The position numbers and the translations under genes are program-made. From an uncultured bacterium (GTDB lineage: Bacteria > Acidobacteriota > Thermoanaerobaculia > Multivoradales > J023): a stretch of DNA of 64,000 nt. Below the pieces are notes generated by a model, which was not told the origin of the DNA, did not search any database, and saw only the letters and a list, made by a program, of their open reading frames with translations. The stretch spans positions 19,482 through 83,481 of the forward strand of contig CBDUYN010000022.1 of NCBI GenBank assembly GCA_965371445.1. The letters are read 5' to 3'. The first letter of the stretch is position 1. Each line of letters begins with the position of its first letter. Of the stretch, positions 27,558 to 38,444 are shown piece after piece.

Positions 27558-29828
27558 CTACCGCCGTACCAGAGGCTCAATCCGCGCCGGCACGCTCTTA
27601 TGCCAGGGCGTCCCGGCGATCCGGTCGCGGTGCGCGGCGTCGGTAAGGTCGTTGGGCGCGACGCCCACCGCCCGACGGGAGCCACCTTCGTCCGGGTAGT
27701 CGAGACCCAGGCCGTTCGGCAGGGAGACATGACCTGGCTGCATGCGGTCGTTCAACTCGACGAGCACTTCGACCACGGCCCGCCGCGTGGTCAACCGGGC
27801 CGAATCGGCGTTGCCGAGACCGATTCGCGCCGCGTCCTCAGGGTGGATGTGCAGAGCGCCTGTCGGATCCTTCTTGCGCCACGCGGGGTCCCGGTAAATC
27901 GTGTTGGCGGTGTAGGAGCGTCGCTCGCCGGCCGAAAGGAGGAACGGGAAGTCGTCGTGCCCCCCGGGAGGCTCTTCGGTTGCCAGGCCCCGTAACTCGT
28001 CGTAGAGCTCCGGAACGGCTAGCTCGATCCGGCCCCCCGGGGTCCCCACCCGGCTCCAACTTGCATCCGCCTTTTCCTCGGTAAAAACCACTCCCGACGG
28101 ACTCTCGAGGATCGCGTCGAAGAGGTTCTCTCCGAGCTTCGGTCCGAGGCCTTTGATGCCGGCCTTGCGCACCCCCTTCGCGTGACGCGACGCGCAGGTG
28201 TGAGCGACGGCCCAGAGCACCGCAGCCGATTCCAGACCGGGCGGCAGCGCGCCGCCGAGCGTGCGGTAGAGCAGGACTGGTGCGACGCCCTTCACCTCGG
28301 GGCGCCGCCCGACGGCTTTTTGAAAGGCGGCCGCGAACTTGAGACGCCCCCGCTTCGCCAGGACCTGGCGGAGCTCGGCCACGAGGTCCTCGGGCATCGC
28401 GCCCATCGCCTCGACCAGGCGGGCGTGGATCTCGGGCTCCGGCAAGACGCCGTCGGGCGGATCGAGCAGCGGACGCCGCAGGTGAAAGCTGTTGGCCGGG
28501 AAGTCGAAATTAAAAAACGTTGCCTCGGCCTTCTCGTACTGGGTCGAGGTCGGCAGCACGTAATCCGCCAGCCGGGCCGTCTCGGTCAACGCCACGTCGA
28601 TGACGACGAGCGTGTCGAGGGCGGCGAGCGCATCGCGTATCCTGGCGCTGTCGGCCAGCGAGTGGGCCGGATTGGCGCTTTCGACGATCATCGCCCGGTA
28701 GCGCTTCGGATGATCGGTGAGGATCTCGTCGGCGATGAGGTTGCAGGGGGTCAAACCGCCGATGACCGGGGCGCCGGCGACCGGCGTCGTCTTCGAGAGG
28801 CTCCGCGACGCGCCAAGGAGCGGCCGCATCGACGTCGGGATGTACATCGCGCCCCGTTTGCCGAACTGACCGGTCAACGCCCAGAGGAGCCGGTTGAGAT
28901 GGCTCACCAGGGTCGAGTGGCGATTCATCTGGACGCCCAGGTCCTCGAAGACCGCCATGCTCGAAGCTTGGGCCATCCGCCGCGCGGCGCGGCGTAGCTC
29001 GTCTTGCGGTACGCCGCATTTCGCCGCGTGCTCTGTGACGTCGGCCTGGGCGAGGATCCCGAGCACCTCTTCGCCGCCGCGGGTGTGCTTGGCCATCCAG
29101 CCGTGCGCCAGGCAGTCTTCCTGGACCAGGGTGGCGAGGATCGCCGTCAGGAGCCAGGCGTCGGTACCCGGCCGGACCTGGAGGTGAATGTCCGCCATCT
29201 CCGCCGTCTCGGAGCGCCGCGGGTCGACGACGATCAAGGTGCGCTCCGGATCCTTGGCGATCTCCTTCAGCGTCACCCGGGCACGCGGGATGCCGTGCGA
29301 CTGCCACGGGTTCTTGCCCAGGAAAAGCGCCACCTCGCAGTGCTCGAAGTCACCGCGCGTGACGCTGTAGGGGCCGAACATCTGCTCGTTGACCCAATAT
29401 TCTCCGGTCTTCTCCTGGGCGAGGGCGTTGGACCGGTAGACGGATCCGAGCACCGCCCGGGTGGCCGCGGCATAGCCGGCGGGGAGGTGGTTGCCCTGTC
29501 CGCCACCGCCGAAGTAGAAGATCGACTCCCCGCCGTGGGTGTCGCGGACCGCGGTGAGCCGCTCGGCCACCTCGCGAATCGCGGTCTCCCAGTCGATCTC
29601 CTCGAACGAGCCGTCGCCGCGGCGGCGTAGCGGCGAGAGGAGGCGGTCGCGGCTGTTCTGGTAATGGTTCAGCCGTCCCGCCTTCTGACAGACGTAGCCT
29701 TTTGAGACCGGATGCGCCCGGTCCCCGCGCAGACGGACGAACTGTCTCCCGTCGTCGCCTCCAAGCTGTACTTCGATGCCGCAGTTGCACTCGCAAAGGA
29801 TGCAGGCGGTGGGCTTCCAGTCCGTCAT
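27558..29828 (-). CDS. Molybdopterin-dependent oxidoreductase catalytic subunit (formate-dehydrogenase-like family) with an N-terminal Fe-S Cys cluster
   Basis: Start MTDWKPTACILCECNCGIEV (CxxCxxxC [4Fe-4S] motif). Molybdopterin-domain motifs (FYFGGGGQGNHL, MIVESANPAHSL). The upstream 389 aa of the 1145-aa track ORF are spurious. Confidence 0.8.
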   Translation of the reverse strand: MTDWKPTACILCECNCGIEVQLGGDDGRQFVRLRGDRAHPVSKGYVCQKAGRLNHYQNSRDRLLSPLRRRGDGSFEEIDWETAIREVAERLTAVRDTHGGESIFYFGGGGQGNHLPAGYAAATRAVLGSVYRSNALAQEKTGEYWVNEQMFGPYSVTRGDFEHCEVALFLGKNPWQSHGIPRARVTLKEIAKDPERTLIVVDPRRSETAEMADIHLQVRPGTDAWLLTAILATLVQEDCLAHGWMAKHTRGGEEVLGILAQADVTEHAAKCGVPQDELRRAARRMAQASSMAVFEDLGVQMNRHSTLVSHLNRLLWALTGQFGKRGAMYIPTSMRPLLGASRSLSKTTPVAGAPVIGGLTPCNLIADEILTDHPKRYRAMIVESANPAHSLADSARIRDALAALDTLVVIDVALTETARLADYVLPTSTQYEKAEATFFNFDFPANSFHLRRPLLDPPDGVLPEPEIHARLVEAMGAMPEDLVAELRQVLAKRGRLKFAAAFQKAVGRRPEVKGVAPVLLYRTLGGALPPGLESAAVLWAVAHTCASRHAKGVRKAGIKGLGPKLGENLFDAILESPSGVVFTEEKADASWSRVGTPGGRIELAVPELYDELRGLATEEPPGGHDDFPFLLSAGERRSYTANTIYRDPAWRKKDPTGALHIHPEDAARIGLGNADSARLTTRRAVVEVLVELNDRMQPGHVSLPNGLGLDYPDEGGSRRAVGVAPNDLTDAAHRDRIAGTPWHKSVPARIEPLVRR

Positions 29829-30005
29829 GGGTCTTCTCCTCCTGTCGTTTGTGATCGGCCGTGGTCTCACGGATCGCGCTGCCAATCTCCCTCGCAAAAC
29901 CACCCTGGAGAGCATACCATCACGAGCACCAAGCCCCGCCGCCCTTCCCATCCCCGCCGCTTCTGCTACACTAGCTAGCCCCACCAACTGACGAGAGGGA
30001 TCGGG

Positions 30006-31448
30006 ATGACGACCGAGGAAAAGCTCAGGGACCAAGCCGCCAGGCCAACCCTGCTGCGCATCCAGGCCGATATCGAGCGTGCCAATCCACGCTTGAAGCC
30101 TCTGCTGAGGACCGTCAAGAAGCGGCTCTTCGACAAGAGCTTCAACGTCTGCGCCCTCTGGCGGGAGCACGGGATCCGCGACAGGAACGCCGCCGCCATC
30201 TTCCAGGAGCTCGACACCTCCCCGAGTGCCTACATCCTCCGCGCACGCATGGAGACCGCGGAAAGCCTCCTCCAGCAGACGGCCCTCCAGAAATGGTGCA
30301 TCAGCCAGTTGGTCGGCTACACGGACGAGAGGACCTTCAGGAAGACGTTCCAGAAGTGGAAGGGATGCTCGCCCGCTAGATTCCGGCGCCGCAAAGGCCA
30401 TCGTAGGCTGGTCCGGCCGGGCTTTGAGCAGGAGCTCGCCGACGCGGTGGCCGGCCGACTCTGCCCGCAGCGAGGGGATCAGGTCCTGGAGCGCCTTGAT
30501 GCGGCGCTGATTCAGGTCCGGAGCCTCTACGCCCCCTCCTTCGACTCTCTGGAACCGATGCTCCTCGACGCCGAGAAGATGGAGCGGGTCCAGGCGGAAA
30601 GCCTGGTGTTTCCGCGACTCGCCGGCTTGTCCTTCGAGGATCAGCGGCGCCTGATTCAGCGCTCCCGGCCCTTCTCGACGCCAGCGCTTTTCGACGTCCT
30701 GCATCGCAGCTCCCGCGAGGAAGGACGAAAGGACCACCAACGGGGCATCGAGCTCTCCCAACTGGCGCTCGACAGCGTCGAGGCCAACGCCGAAACCCTC
30801 GGGCCGCGCTACCACGACCTGCGGCCCCAGGCCCGGGCCTGGCTCGGCAACGCCTACCGGCTGGCCCTCGATTTCCTCGCCGCCGACCAGGCGATCGAGG
30901 AGGGAGTGGAGACGCTCCCCGCGAGCATCAACCCGTTCGTAACCGGGATCGTCTACCTGTGCAAGGGGACGCTTCGTACGTTTCAGCGCCGGCATGACGA
31001 AGCGGTGGAGCTTTTCGACGTCGCCTTACCCGCCTTCGAGGAGGCGGGCAGCGAGTCTTGGCAGATCAAGACTCTGATCCAGCGCGCCGCAAGTTTGGAT
31101 TGTGCGGAGAGCCACGAGGCCGCTTTGGAAACTCTTGGAAGAGCTGCCGGTTTGCCCGGCGCCGACGTGGACTATTTCGCTTTCCTACTGCCGTATACTA
31201 CCGCGATCGCGCTATTGAGAGTCGATTGCTTTGCCGATGCTAGAGAGCTACTAAAAGACTTGAGCTATCATCGAGGGTTTGGCTCGGCGAAGTGGCGGAA
31301 TAGTTGGTTGGAAGCGTATGTCGACCACGGTTTCGGCAGACTAACTGAAGCAGAGGAGAAGTATCTTTGCCCTGGTCTCTCCTCTGGTATGCTCTCCAGT
31401 CATCGAAGGCCCTCGCCGCCCGCCCTGGACTTGACAGCCATGCGGTGA
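30006..31448 (+). CDS. AraC-family transcriptional regulator (N-terminal HTH_18) with a large C-terminal domain of unknown function
   Basis: Helix-turn-helix signature ...YILRARMETAESLLQQTALQKWCISQLVGYTDERTFRKTFQKWKGCSPARFRR at the N-terminus. 480 aa. Confidence 0.65.
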   Translation: MTTEEKLRDQAARPTLLRIQADIERANPRLKPLLRTVKKRLFDKSFNVCALWREHGIRDRNAAAIFQELDTSPSAYILRARMETAESLLQQTALQKWCISQLVGYTDERTFRKTFQKWKGCSPARFRRRKGHRRLVRPGFEQELADAVAGRLCPQRGDQVLERLDAALIQVRSLYAPSFDSLEPMLLDAEKMERVQAESLVFPRLAGLSFEDQRRLIQRSRPFSTPALFDVLHRSSREEGRKDHQRGIELSQLALDSVEANAETLGPRYHDLRPQARAWLGNAYRLALDFLAADQAIEEGVETLPASINPFVTGIVYLCKGTLRTFQRRHDEAVELFDVALPAFEEAGSESWQIKTLIQRAASLDCAESHEAALETLGRAAGLPGADVDYFAFLLPYTTAIALLRVDCFADARELLKDLSYHRGFGSAKWRNSWLEAYVDHGFGRLTEAEEKYLCPGLSSGMLSSHRRPSPPALDLTAMR

Positions 31449-31493
31449 AGAAATATCCTGGCGGCCGACAAACCCGCTTTCGGAGGAAAGACC

Positions 31494-32036
31494 ATGCAAC
31501 AAGCTGTCGAACGCAGAACGTCGTTGGCTGTCGCCGTGCTGACGATCCTTGTGGTGGTGCTGCTCGGTCCCGCCGCCGTCCAGGGGGCCCTGCCGGCCAT
31601 GGGCCGGATCGCCGTCGAGGTCGACGTCGAACCGCACCCGGAGCAGCCGCGGACCTTCGTCTGCACCGCCAAGATCATCGACCTGGAGAGTGGCGAGGTC
31701 ATCTCGGCGCCCCGCGTGACATTCCTGGCGGGCTCGCCGGCCTCGGTGCAGTCGGCCGTCGCCGCCGAGGACGAGGCCGGGAACGGCGTCGAGGCCCTCT
31801 TTCAGATGGAGGTCGCCGTCACCGAGGACTTGACGACGGCGCGCTACTCCTCGCGGCTGCTGCTCGGCGAGAAGGTGGTGAACGAGCAGGTGTTCCGCTT
31901 CCGTCTGCCGGCGCGTCCGGCGCCGGAGGCCGCCGCCGCAGCGGTCCTTCATGGCGACGAGCTGCCCGTCACCCTCTCGCTCAGGAACGGCGAGGTGCGC
32001 GCGGGGCAAGCTCGACTAGGCCGTCCGGAGCTCTGA
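31494..32036 (+). CDS. Secreted hypothetical protein
   Basis: Signal peptide MQQAVERRTSLAVAVLTILVVVLLGPAAVQG. 180 aa. No motif recognised. Confidence 0.5.
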   Translation: MQQAVERRTSLAVAVLTILVVVLLGPAAVQGALPAMGRIAVEVDVEPHPEQPRTFVCTAKIIDLESGEVISAPRVTFLAGSPASVQSAVAAEDEAGNGVEALFQMEVAVTEDLTTARYSSRLLLGEKVVNEQVFRFRLPARPAPEAAAAAVLHGDELPVTLSLRNGEVRAGQARLGRPEL

Positions 32037-32174
32037 GCCTCTTGACAAATGAGCGGCCCGGCCATAGCTCCAGGGGGAGAGGGGGATCGCCAGCTCCTCG
32101 CCCCTGGGGAGGCCGCGGCTCTTGGGAGGGAGAGATGGCGGTTGGTCATGACGGCCCGATGATAAGTTCCTCCG

Positions 32175-35100
32175 ATGTTCGACCGAGGCGTCGCGTCAGC
32201 CGGGAGCCGGAAAGAGATGATCTCCTCTCGCCCGAAACGAAAGCCCTGGCACCGCTCGGCGGGTGCCGGCTTGCTGGCCGCGCTCCTGTGGACGGCTCCG
32301 GGCCGGGCGATCGATCCCGAAAAGAGCCTAGACCAGCTCGTCCACAAGTCCTGGACCACTGCCGACGGTTTGCCGCAGAACGCGGTCCTCGACATCGTCC
32401 AGACGTGCGACGGCTACCTGTGGCTCGCCACCTTCGGCGGATTGGCGCGCTTCGACGGCCAGAAGTTCACGGTCTTCGACGTGGCGGCGTCGCCGGGCCT
32501 GCGCTCGAACCGCATCACGGCCCTTCACGAGGATGCCGACGGCGTCCTCTGGCTGGGCAGCGAGCGGGGCTTCGTCTGCCGCCGGGAGGACGAACGGTTC
32601 GACTGCCTGGGCGTGGCGGACGGCCTTCCCCGGGGCGTGGTCTGGTCCTTGCTCGAGGACCTCGACGGCGCGCTGTGGATTGCGACCTCGAACGGTCTCG
32701 CCCGGCTCGCGGAGGGCAGGATCCGGACCTTCTCGGAATCCGACGGCCTCCGGGGGGCGACCGAGGCTCTCGTCCTCGACCGCCAGGACAACCTCTGGGT
32801 CGGAACGGCAGGCGGCCTTGCACGATGGCGCGGGGACCGCTTCGAGCTCCGGCAGATCCCCTCTCTCTTTGGCCACGCGACGCCTCATGCAGCCGTCGCC
32901 GATCCGCGGGGCGACCTCTGGGTGACCATGCATCACGGTGTGCTGAAGCTCCACGACGGCGAGATGCAGGTGATCGTCGAGCCACCGCCTTCGGGTATGA
33001 GCTTCGGCGACATCCTGCACGACCGGGACGGCAACCTGTGGTTCACCAACCACGGCGTCGGCCGGTTTCGCGCCGGGAGCCTCGTCGACGACGGAGAACG
33101 GCTGCTCCAAGACGGCAGGCTCGAGGTGCGTGTCCTCTACGAGGATGGGGAAGGCAACATCTGGATCGGTACCAGCAGCCACGGCCTTCACCTGCTTCGC
33201 GACGGCATCTTCTCGAGCCACCTTCATCCCATGGGCTCGGCGGGCGGCGGGATTCTCGAATCGGCGTCCGGGGAGGTGGTTTTCGGTACATTTTGTCAGG
33301 GTGTGCATCTCCTGGCCGGGAAGGACATGTCGCGCATCGACCGGCCGGAAAGCGGCCTCGGGTGCGTCAACTCCCTCCTGGAAGACCGGCGGGGAAGGCT
33401 CTGGGCCGGCGGCGGCGTCTTGGGGCTCCGCGAGGGAAATAGCTGGACGAGGTTCACGGCCACCGACGGCGCTTTCGTCCGCTCGCCGGTCCGGGCGCTC
33501 TTCGAGGATCGTCGCGGCGTCGTCTGGGTCGGCGCCGATCAGGGGTTGGCCAGTTTCGCCGACGGCCGCTTCACCCCCTATACGTCGAGTGACGGGTTGA
33601 AGATCGACGACGTTCGCCTCATCACCGAGGACAGTCGCGGCAACCTCTGGCTGGCCGGCCCCTATGGCCTGATGCGTTTCGCAGGCGCAGAGATCGCCCC
33701 CCGATCCGCGCGGCATTTCACCGTCTCCGACGGCCTGCCCCACAACTTCGTACGGGCGGTCTACGAAGACGCCAGCGGTGGTCTGTGGATTGGCACCTAC
33801 GGCGGCGGTATGGCCTATCTGGACCCGGACGGCGACGTCTTCACCACCCTGACCCGTGCCCACGGGCTGCCCGAGAACGCCGTCTCCTCGATCGTCGAGG
33901 ACGACGCCGGGAACTTCTGGATGAGCGGCAACCGCGGGATCACGCGCCTGCGCCGGGCGGAGGCCGAGGCCTTCGTCCGCGGCGAGACCGACCGCGTCCA
34001 CGCCGTCCTCTACGACGAGGTCGACGGCATGATCCCCTCGGAGACCAGCGGCGGCTTCCAGCCGGCGGCCTGGAAGGCGAGGGACGGGCGGATCTGGTAC
34101 CCGACCATTCGCGGCGTCGCGGTCGTCGATCCGGCGAAGCTGCGGCTCGGCGCGCCGCCGCCGGTCGCCGTCGAGCGCGTGCGTGTCGGACGGCGGGAGG
34201 TCGAGGCGCGCTCGACGGTGATCGTCCCGCCGGGCGACTGGGACCTCGAGATCGAGTACACGGGCCTCCAGCTTGGGCTGCCCGCGGAGACCCGGTTCCG
34301 CTATCGCTTGGTAGAGCACGACCCGGACTGGGTCGAGGTCGGCGCACGGCGTACGGCCTACTACACCAAGGTGCCACCCGGCACCTACCGCTTCGAGGTG
34401 ACGGCGGCGGCCTACGCCGGCGGGCCCTGGAACGAGGGGCCGGCGACGTTCGACATCGTCTTTCGACCGTTCCTCTACCAGATTTTGTGGTTTCAGATCT
34501 CCGCGGCCCTCGCCGCCGTCGGCCTGATCGTCCTGGGCTTTACCGTCCACATTCGGGGCCTGCGCCGCCACGCGCGAGAGCTCGCTTCGACCATCGCCGA
34601 GCTCGAGGCGAAAAACGCCGAGATGGAGCGGTTTACCTACACCGTTTCTCACGACTTGAAAGCGCCCCTCGTGACGATTCAGGGGTTCTCCGGCATGCTG
34701 CGCAAGGACGCCCGGGCCGGAAATCCCAAGCGGGTGGACGACGACATCGAGAGGATCCAGGCCGCCGGGGCGCAGATGGGACGCCTGCTCGACGACCTCC
34801 TGGAGCTGTCGCGCATCGGCCGGCTGATGAGCACACCTCAGGAGGTGCCGCTCAGCGAGGTCGCCCGCGAGGCCCGAGAGCTTGTGACCGGCCGCCTAGG
34901 TTCCGTCGAGGTCGAGATCGCGGGCGACCTGCCGACGGTCCTGGGCGACCGTCCGCGCCTCGTCGAGGTCTTCCAAAACCTCTTCGAGAACGCCGCCCGC
35001 TTCATGGGCGACGAGGTAGAGCCGCGGATCGTCGTCGGACACCGCCGGGACGCCGAGGAGACGGTCGTTTACGTCCGCGACAACGGCGTCGGCATCGCGC

Positions 35101-35312
35101 CGGAGTATCATGACAAGGTCTTCGGCCTCTTCGAGCGGCTCGACACGCAAACCGAAGGCACGGGCATCGGCCTCGCCATCGTCAAACGGATCGTCGAGTT
35201 CCACGGCGGCCGCATTTGGGTCGAGTCCGAGGGGCTGAGACGTGGCAGCACCTTTTGTTTTACACTTCCCTGCAAATGCGCACCTACGTCGCGTCCACCT
35301 CTGGAGACTTGA
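32175..35312 (+). CDS. Sensor histidine kinase with periplasmic two-component-regulator propeller (Reg_prop) and Y_Y_Y domains, a TM helix, HisKA and HATPase_c
   Basis: Repeated DG.LW.GT..GL..F/L propeller motifs. Y_Y_Y-like TFRYRLVEHDPDWVEVGARRTAYYTKVPPGTYRFEV. TM helix ILWFQISAALAAVGLIVLGFTV. H-box FTYTVSHDLKAPL and ATPase motifs DNGVGI, GTGIGLAIV. Start may be 32217 (MISSRP...). The 3' end overlaps the next gene by 47 nt. Confidence 0.85.
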   Translation: MFDRGVASAGSRKEMISSRPKRKPWHRSAGAGLLAALLWTAPGRAIDPEKSLDQLVHKSWTTADGLPQNAVLDIVQTCDGYLWLATFGGLARFDGQKFTVFDVAASPGLRSNRITALHEDADGVLWLGSERGFVCRREDERFDCLGVADGLPRGVVWSLLEDLDGALWIATSNGLARLAEGRIRTFSESDGLRGATEALVLDRQDNLWVGTAGGLARWRGDRFELRQIPSLFGHATPHAAVADPRGDLWVTMHHGVLKLHDGEMQVIVEPPPSGMSFGDILHDRDGNLWFTNHGVGRFRAGSLVDDGERLLQDGRLEVRVLYEDGEGNIWIGTSSHGLHLLRDGIFSSHLHPMGSAGGGILESASGEVVFGTFCQGVHLLAGKDMSRIDRPESGLGCVNSLLEDRRGRLWAGGGVLGLREGNSWTRFTATDGAFVRSPVRALFEDRRGVVWVGADQGLASFADGRFTPYTSSDGLKIDDVRLITEDSRGNLWLAGPYGLMRFAGAEIAPRSARHFTVSDGLPHNFVRAVYEDASGGLWIGTYGGGMAYLDPDGDVFTTLTRAHGLPENAVSSIVEDDAGNFWMSGNRGITRLRRAEAEAFVRGETDRVHAVLYDEVDGMIPSETSGGFQPAAWKARDGRIWYPTIRGVAVVDPAKLRLGAPPPVAVERVRVGRREVEARSTVIVPPGDWDLEIEYTGLQLGLPAETRFRYRLVEHDPDWVEVGARRTAYYTKVPPGTYRFEVTAAAYAGGPWNEGPATFDIVFRPFLYQILWFQISAALAAVGLIVLGFTVHIRGLRRHARELASTIAELEAKNAEMERFTYTVSHDLKAPLVTIQGFSGMLRKDARAGNPKRVDDDIERIQAAGAQMGRLLDDLLELSRIGRLMSTPQEVPLSEVAREARELVTGRLGSVEVEIAGDLPTVLGDRPRLVEVFQNLFENAARFMGDEVEPRIVVGHRRDAEETVVYVRDNGVGIAPEYHDKVFGLFERLDTQTEGTGIGLAIVKRIVEFHGGRIWVESEGLRRGSTFCFTLPCKCAPTSRPPLET

Positions 35313-38300
35313 CGGCCCACCGGGCCGCGGCCGCCGAGGTGATGGCCGAGATGGGCCTCGAAGCGGTGACGGCGGAGCCTCCGGGCGACCACGCCGGGCG
35401 CGGCGCGGTGGCGGCCTGCGCCCGCCTCGTGGCCCACGCCGACCTGGTGCTGGCGATCGTCGGCTGGCAGCAGGGGGAGGTGCCGGGACCCGAGCTCGGC
35501 GGCGATGGACGGCGCTCGTGGACCGAATGGGAGGTCCGCAGCGCTTTGCGCCAGGCCAAGCCTGTGGTGGTGCTCAGGGCCGACGACGGCTGGCCGCCGG
35601 AGCTGCGGGAAAGCGATTCGGCTGCCAGTGCCCGGGTGGCGGATTTCCGCGGCGAGCTCGAGCGGCTGGCGGTGCCGTTTGCCGCCGAGCCCGAGCCGCT
35701 GCCCGAGTTCCGGCTCCGGGTCCGCCGCGAGCTGGACCCCTTTCGGCGCGGCGGGTGGTTGGGCGACCGGACGCCGGAGATCGACGATGCCGTCCGTCCG
35801 CGGCAATGGCCGGCCCCGGCGCTGCCGGAGCGGCCCTATCCGCTGCTGCTGCCCTATGCCCACCCGGATCTCCTTGGCGGGCGCCAACGCGAGCTCGAGG
35901 AGCTGCTTCGCCGCCTCGACGAGCCGGTGCCGATCCTGGGACTCTACGCGCCGTCGGGGGCGGGCAAGAGCTCGCTCCTGGGCGGCGGATTGATCCCCTG
36001 GCTGCGCGCCGCCGGCCGGCCGGCGGCGTTCGAGCGCCATCCCGACGAGCCGGGCCTCGCGGATCGCCTGCTCGGCGATCTCCTGACTCCGGTGATCCGC
36101 GCCGAGGACGATTTCCGCGCCTTCGTCGATCGCCTGCTCGCGGCGGCCCGCCTCGGCGGCCGGCCGCCGGTCCTCGTCTTGGACCAGTTCGAGGATTTGC
36201 TGCGGGCCGGCAAAGCCCCACGACGGGCGGTGGTGGGGAGGCTGCTGGCCGCCTCGACGCAGCGCCTGCCGGGCTACGCCGGACCCGTCTGCCGCTGGCT
36301 GCTGGCCTACCGGCAGGAGCTCCACGGTGAAGTCTGCGGCTGGCTGGCCAACGTCTTGGGCGATTCGTCCGGCAGCGGTGGTTGGGTGCGCCTGCGGCGC
36401 AACGAGGAGGCCCCTGAGCTGCCGCACGATCTTTCGGGTCCTGAACGCTTCCACGCCTGGGCTCTGCCGCCGCTCGGAACGCCTGCGCCGGGGTCAAAAG
36501 ACCGAGCCGGCGAGGCGGCGCGGGCGTTTCGCGAGGCGATCGAGACACCGCTCGCCCTGCGGGACGAGAGCCACCGGCCCCGCTATCCGTGGCGCTTCGC
36601 CGACGGCGCGGCCGCGCGTCTCGCCCGGGCCTTCGGTGAGGCGCGTCTGGCGCGGCCGGGAGCGCCGCTGGCGCCGGAGCTACAGGTCGTGCTGGCTTAT
36701 CTGCTGGAACGGTCCGGGGAGCCTCCCGTCGTCGAGGTACCGGAAGATCCCGCCGAGCTGATCGACCAGGCGCTGGAAGAGCACCTGCGGCGGGCGCTCG
36801 GGCTGGCTTTCCCCTCGGGCCGGGCCGCTGCCGGCCGGGCCTCGCTCGGACGGACCCGGGCGCTCTTGGCGTTGCGCGAGCTGACCGACGCCCACGGCCG
36901 GCGCCGCAAGGGCCTGAGCGTCGACGTGCTGGCGCCGGCGATCGGCGAAGAAGGCCGCGAGGTCCTGGAGAAGCTGGCAACGCCGCAGACCCGTCTCGTC
37001 GTCCTGGAGGAGCAGCCCGAGGGCTGGTGCTACGTGCTGTCTCACGACCGCATGGCTGAAGTGTTGGTGCGCCTGGTCGACGGCGAGGAGTATGCCGGCC
37101 TCGGGGTCGACGCCGAGCTGTTGGGCCTGCGGCGCTTCGTGGCGCTGCGCACCGAGCTCTTCAAGGCCGGCGAGGTGGAGCAGGCGACCGAGGCGGGAAG
37201 ACACGGGCGCCGCATCGAGGCGCATGCCGACGCGTTGCTCTGGGGAGACGAGCACCGGCGCTGGTGGGCGGCGTACCAGGAGCGGCGGCGGACCGATCGC
37301 CAGCGGAACGTGACGCGATGGGGGATCGCGGCCGCCGTCGTGACCCTGGTGATCCTGGGGGCGTGGAGCTGGGCGGACCGGCTCACCAGCCGACGGGCGC
37401 TTCTCGCGCAGATCTCCTCCGGCGAGCCGGAAGCAGCGTTCGCGACGCTGGCTCAGCTGACGGCCGAGGGCGCCGGGAGCGAGGAGCTGCTGGCTCAGCT
37501 CAGACAACGGGAGAAGCCTTTCGAGGTGCTCGGGCGCGGCCTGGGCGGCGTCGACGAAGAGCAGCGGGGAGCCGCGGTGCTGCGGGTCGCGGAGCTCGTC
37601 TTGCCGCTCTTCGAAGAGGCGCCGCGGGATCCGGTCAGGATCGCCAGCACGGTCTGGGCGCTCGATCGGTTCGCCGCGCCAAATCGGACCCTCTGGGAGC
37701 AGGCCCTGGCCCTGCGCGACACGGTGCTGGAGCCGCTGCGCCGGAGCCGTCCACCGCCGCCGGCACCCCGGAGCGCGGAGGATCCGGATTGGGTCGACGT
37801 TCCGGCCGGGACCTTCCGGATGGGACCCTGGCCCACCGACGGACCGGCGCACCAGGTGACGCTCTCGGCGTTTCGGATCCTGACCCACGAGGTGACCCGT
37901 GGCGAGCTCCGCCGCCTGATGCCGGATCACCCGGGGGAAGCCGACCTGCCGGTGGAGTCCGTCACCTGGTACGAGGCCTACACCTACGCCGCCTGGTTGG
38001 GAGGCCGGCTCCCCAGCGAGGCGGAGTGGGAGTACGCGGCCCGGGCCGGCTGCGCCTTCCTGTACTGCAAACGCGACGGCAGTGAGGCGACAATCGACGA
38101 AGTCGCGTGGTGGAGCGGCAACTCGACCGATCTGGAAACGGGCGAGGTTTCGGTGCGGCCGGTGATGCGGCTCGAGCCCAACCCGTGGGGGCTCTTCGAT
38201 GTCTACGGCAACGTCTGGGAGATGACCGCCGATTGGCGGGGGGTCTACCCCGAGGAGGCCGTGGTGGATCCTCCGGGTCGGACCGACAACGCGATCAACC

Positions 38301-38434
38301 TTCGCGTCGGGCGTGGAGGCGGAGCCTCGGATCCGGCGGAATGGATCGTGCCTCAGGCCCGAGGTGCCGGTCCCGGGGAAGTTCGGATTCCCTATGACGG
38401 CTTTCGTGTCGTGCTGGCGGCCCGCAAGGAATAA
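35266..38434 (+). CDS. Multidomain signalling NTPase: N-terminal DUF4062/TIR-like domain, P-loop (STAND-like) NTPase, single TM helix, then a C-terminal FGE-sulfatase (SUMF1/formylglycine-generating-enzyme-like) domain predicted to be extracytoplasmic
   Basis: N-terminus MRTYVASTSGDLTAHRAAAAEVMAEMGLEAV...DLVLAIVGWQ...SWTEWEVRSALRQAKPVVVL is DUF4062-like. Walker A ILGLYAPSGAGKSSLLGGGLIPWL and Walker B PVLVLDQFEDLL. TM GIAAAVVTLVILGAWSWA. FGE domain WVDVPAGTFRMGP...VTWYEAYTYAAWLGGRLPSEAEWEYAARAG...RLEPNPWGLFDVYGNVWEMTADW...RVGRGGGASDPAEW...GFRVVLAARKE. Confidence 0.8.
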
Positions 38435-38444
38435 CTCGGCCCGC

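Noticed and set aside
29829-30995. N-terminal 389 aa of the 1145-aa minus-strand ORF containing the molybdopterin oxidoreductase
   Set aside because: The conserved Fe-S start (MTDWKPTACILCECNCG) lies at 29828. The upstream extension is antisense to the AraC-family gene and has no motifs.
35574-36980. 468-aa minus-strand ORF and many other Arg-rich ORFs inside the two FGE-NTPase genes (e.g. 40058-41389, 35242-36330)
   Set aside because: Alternative frames of confidently assigned genes; compositionally biased translations.
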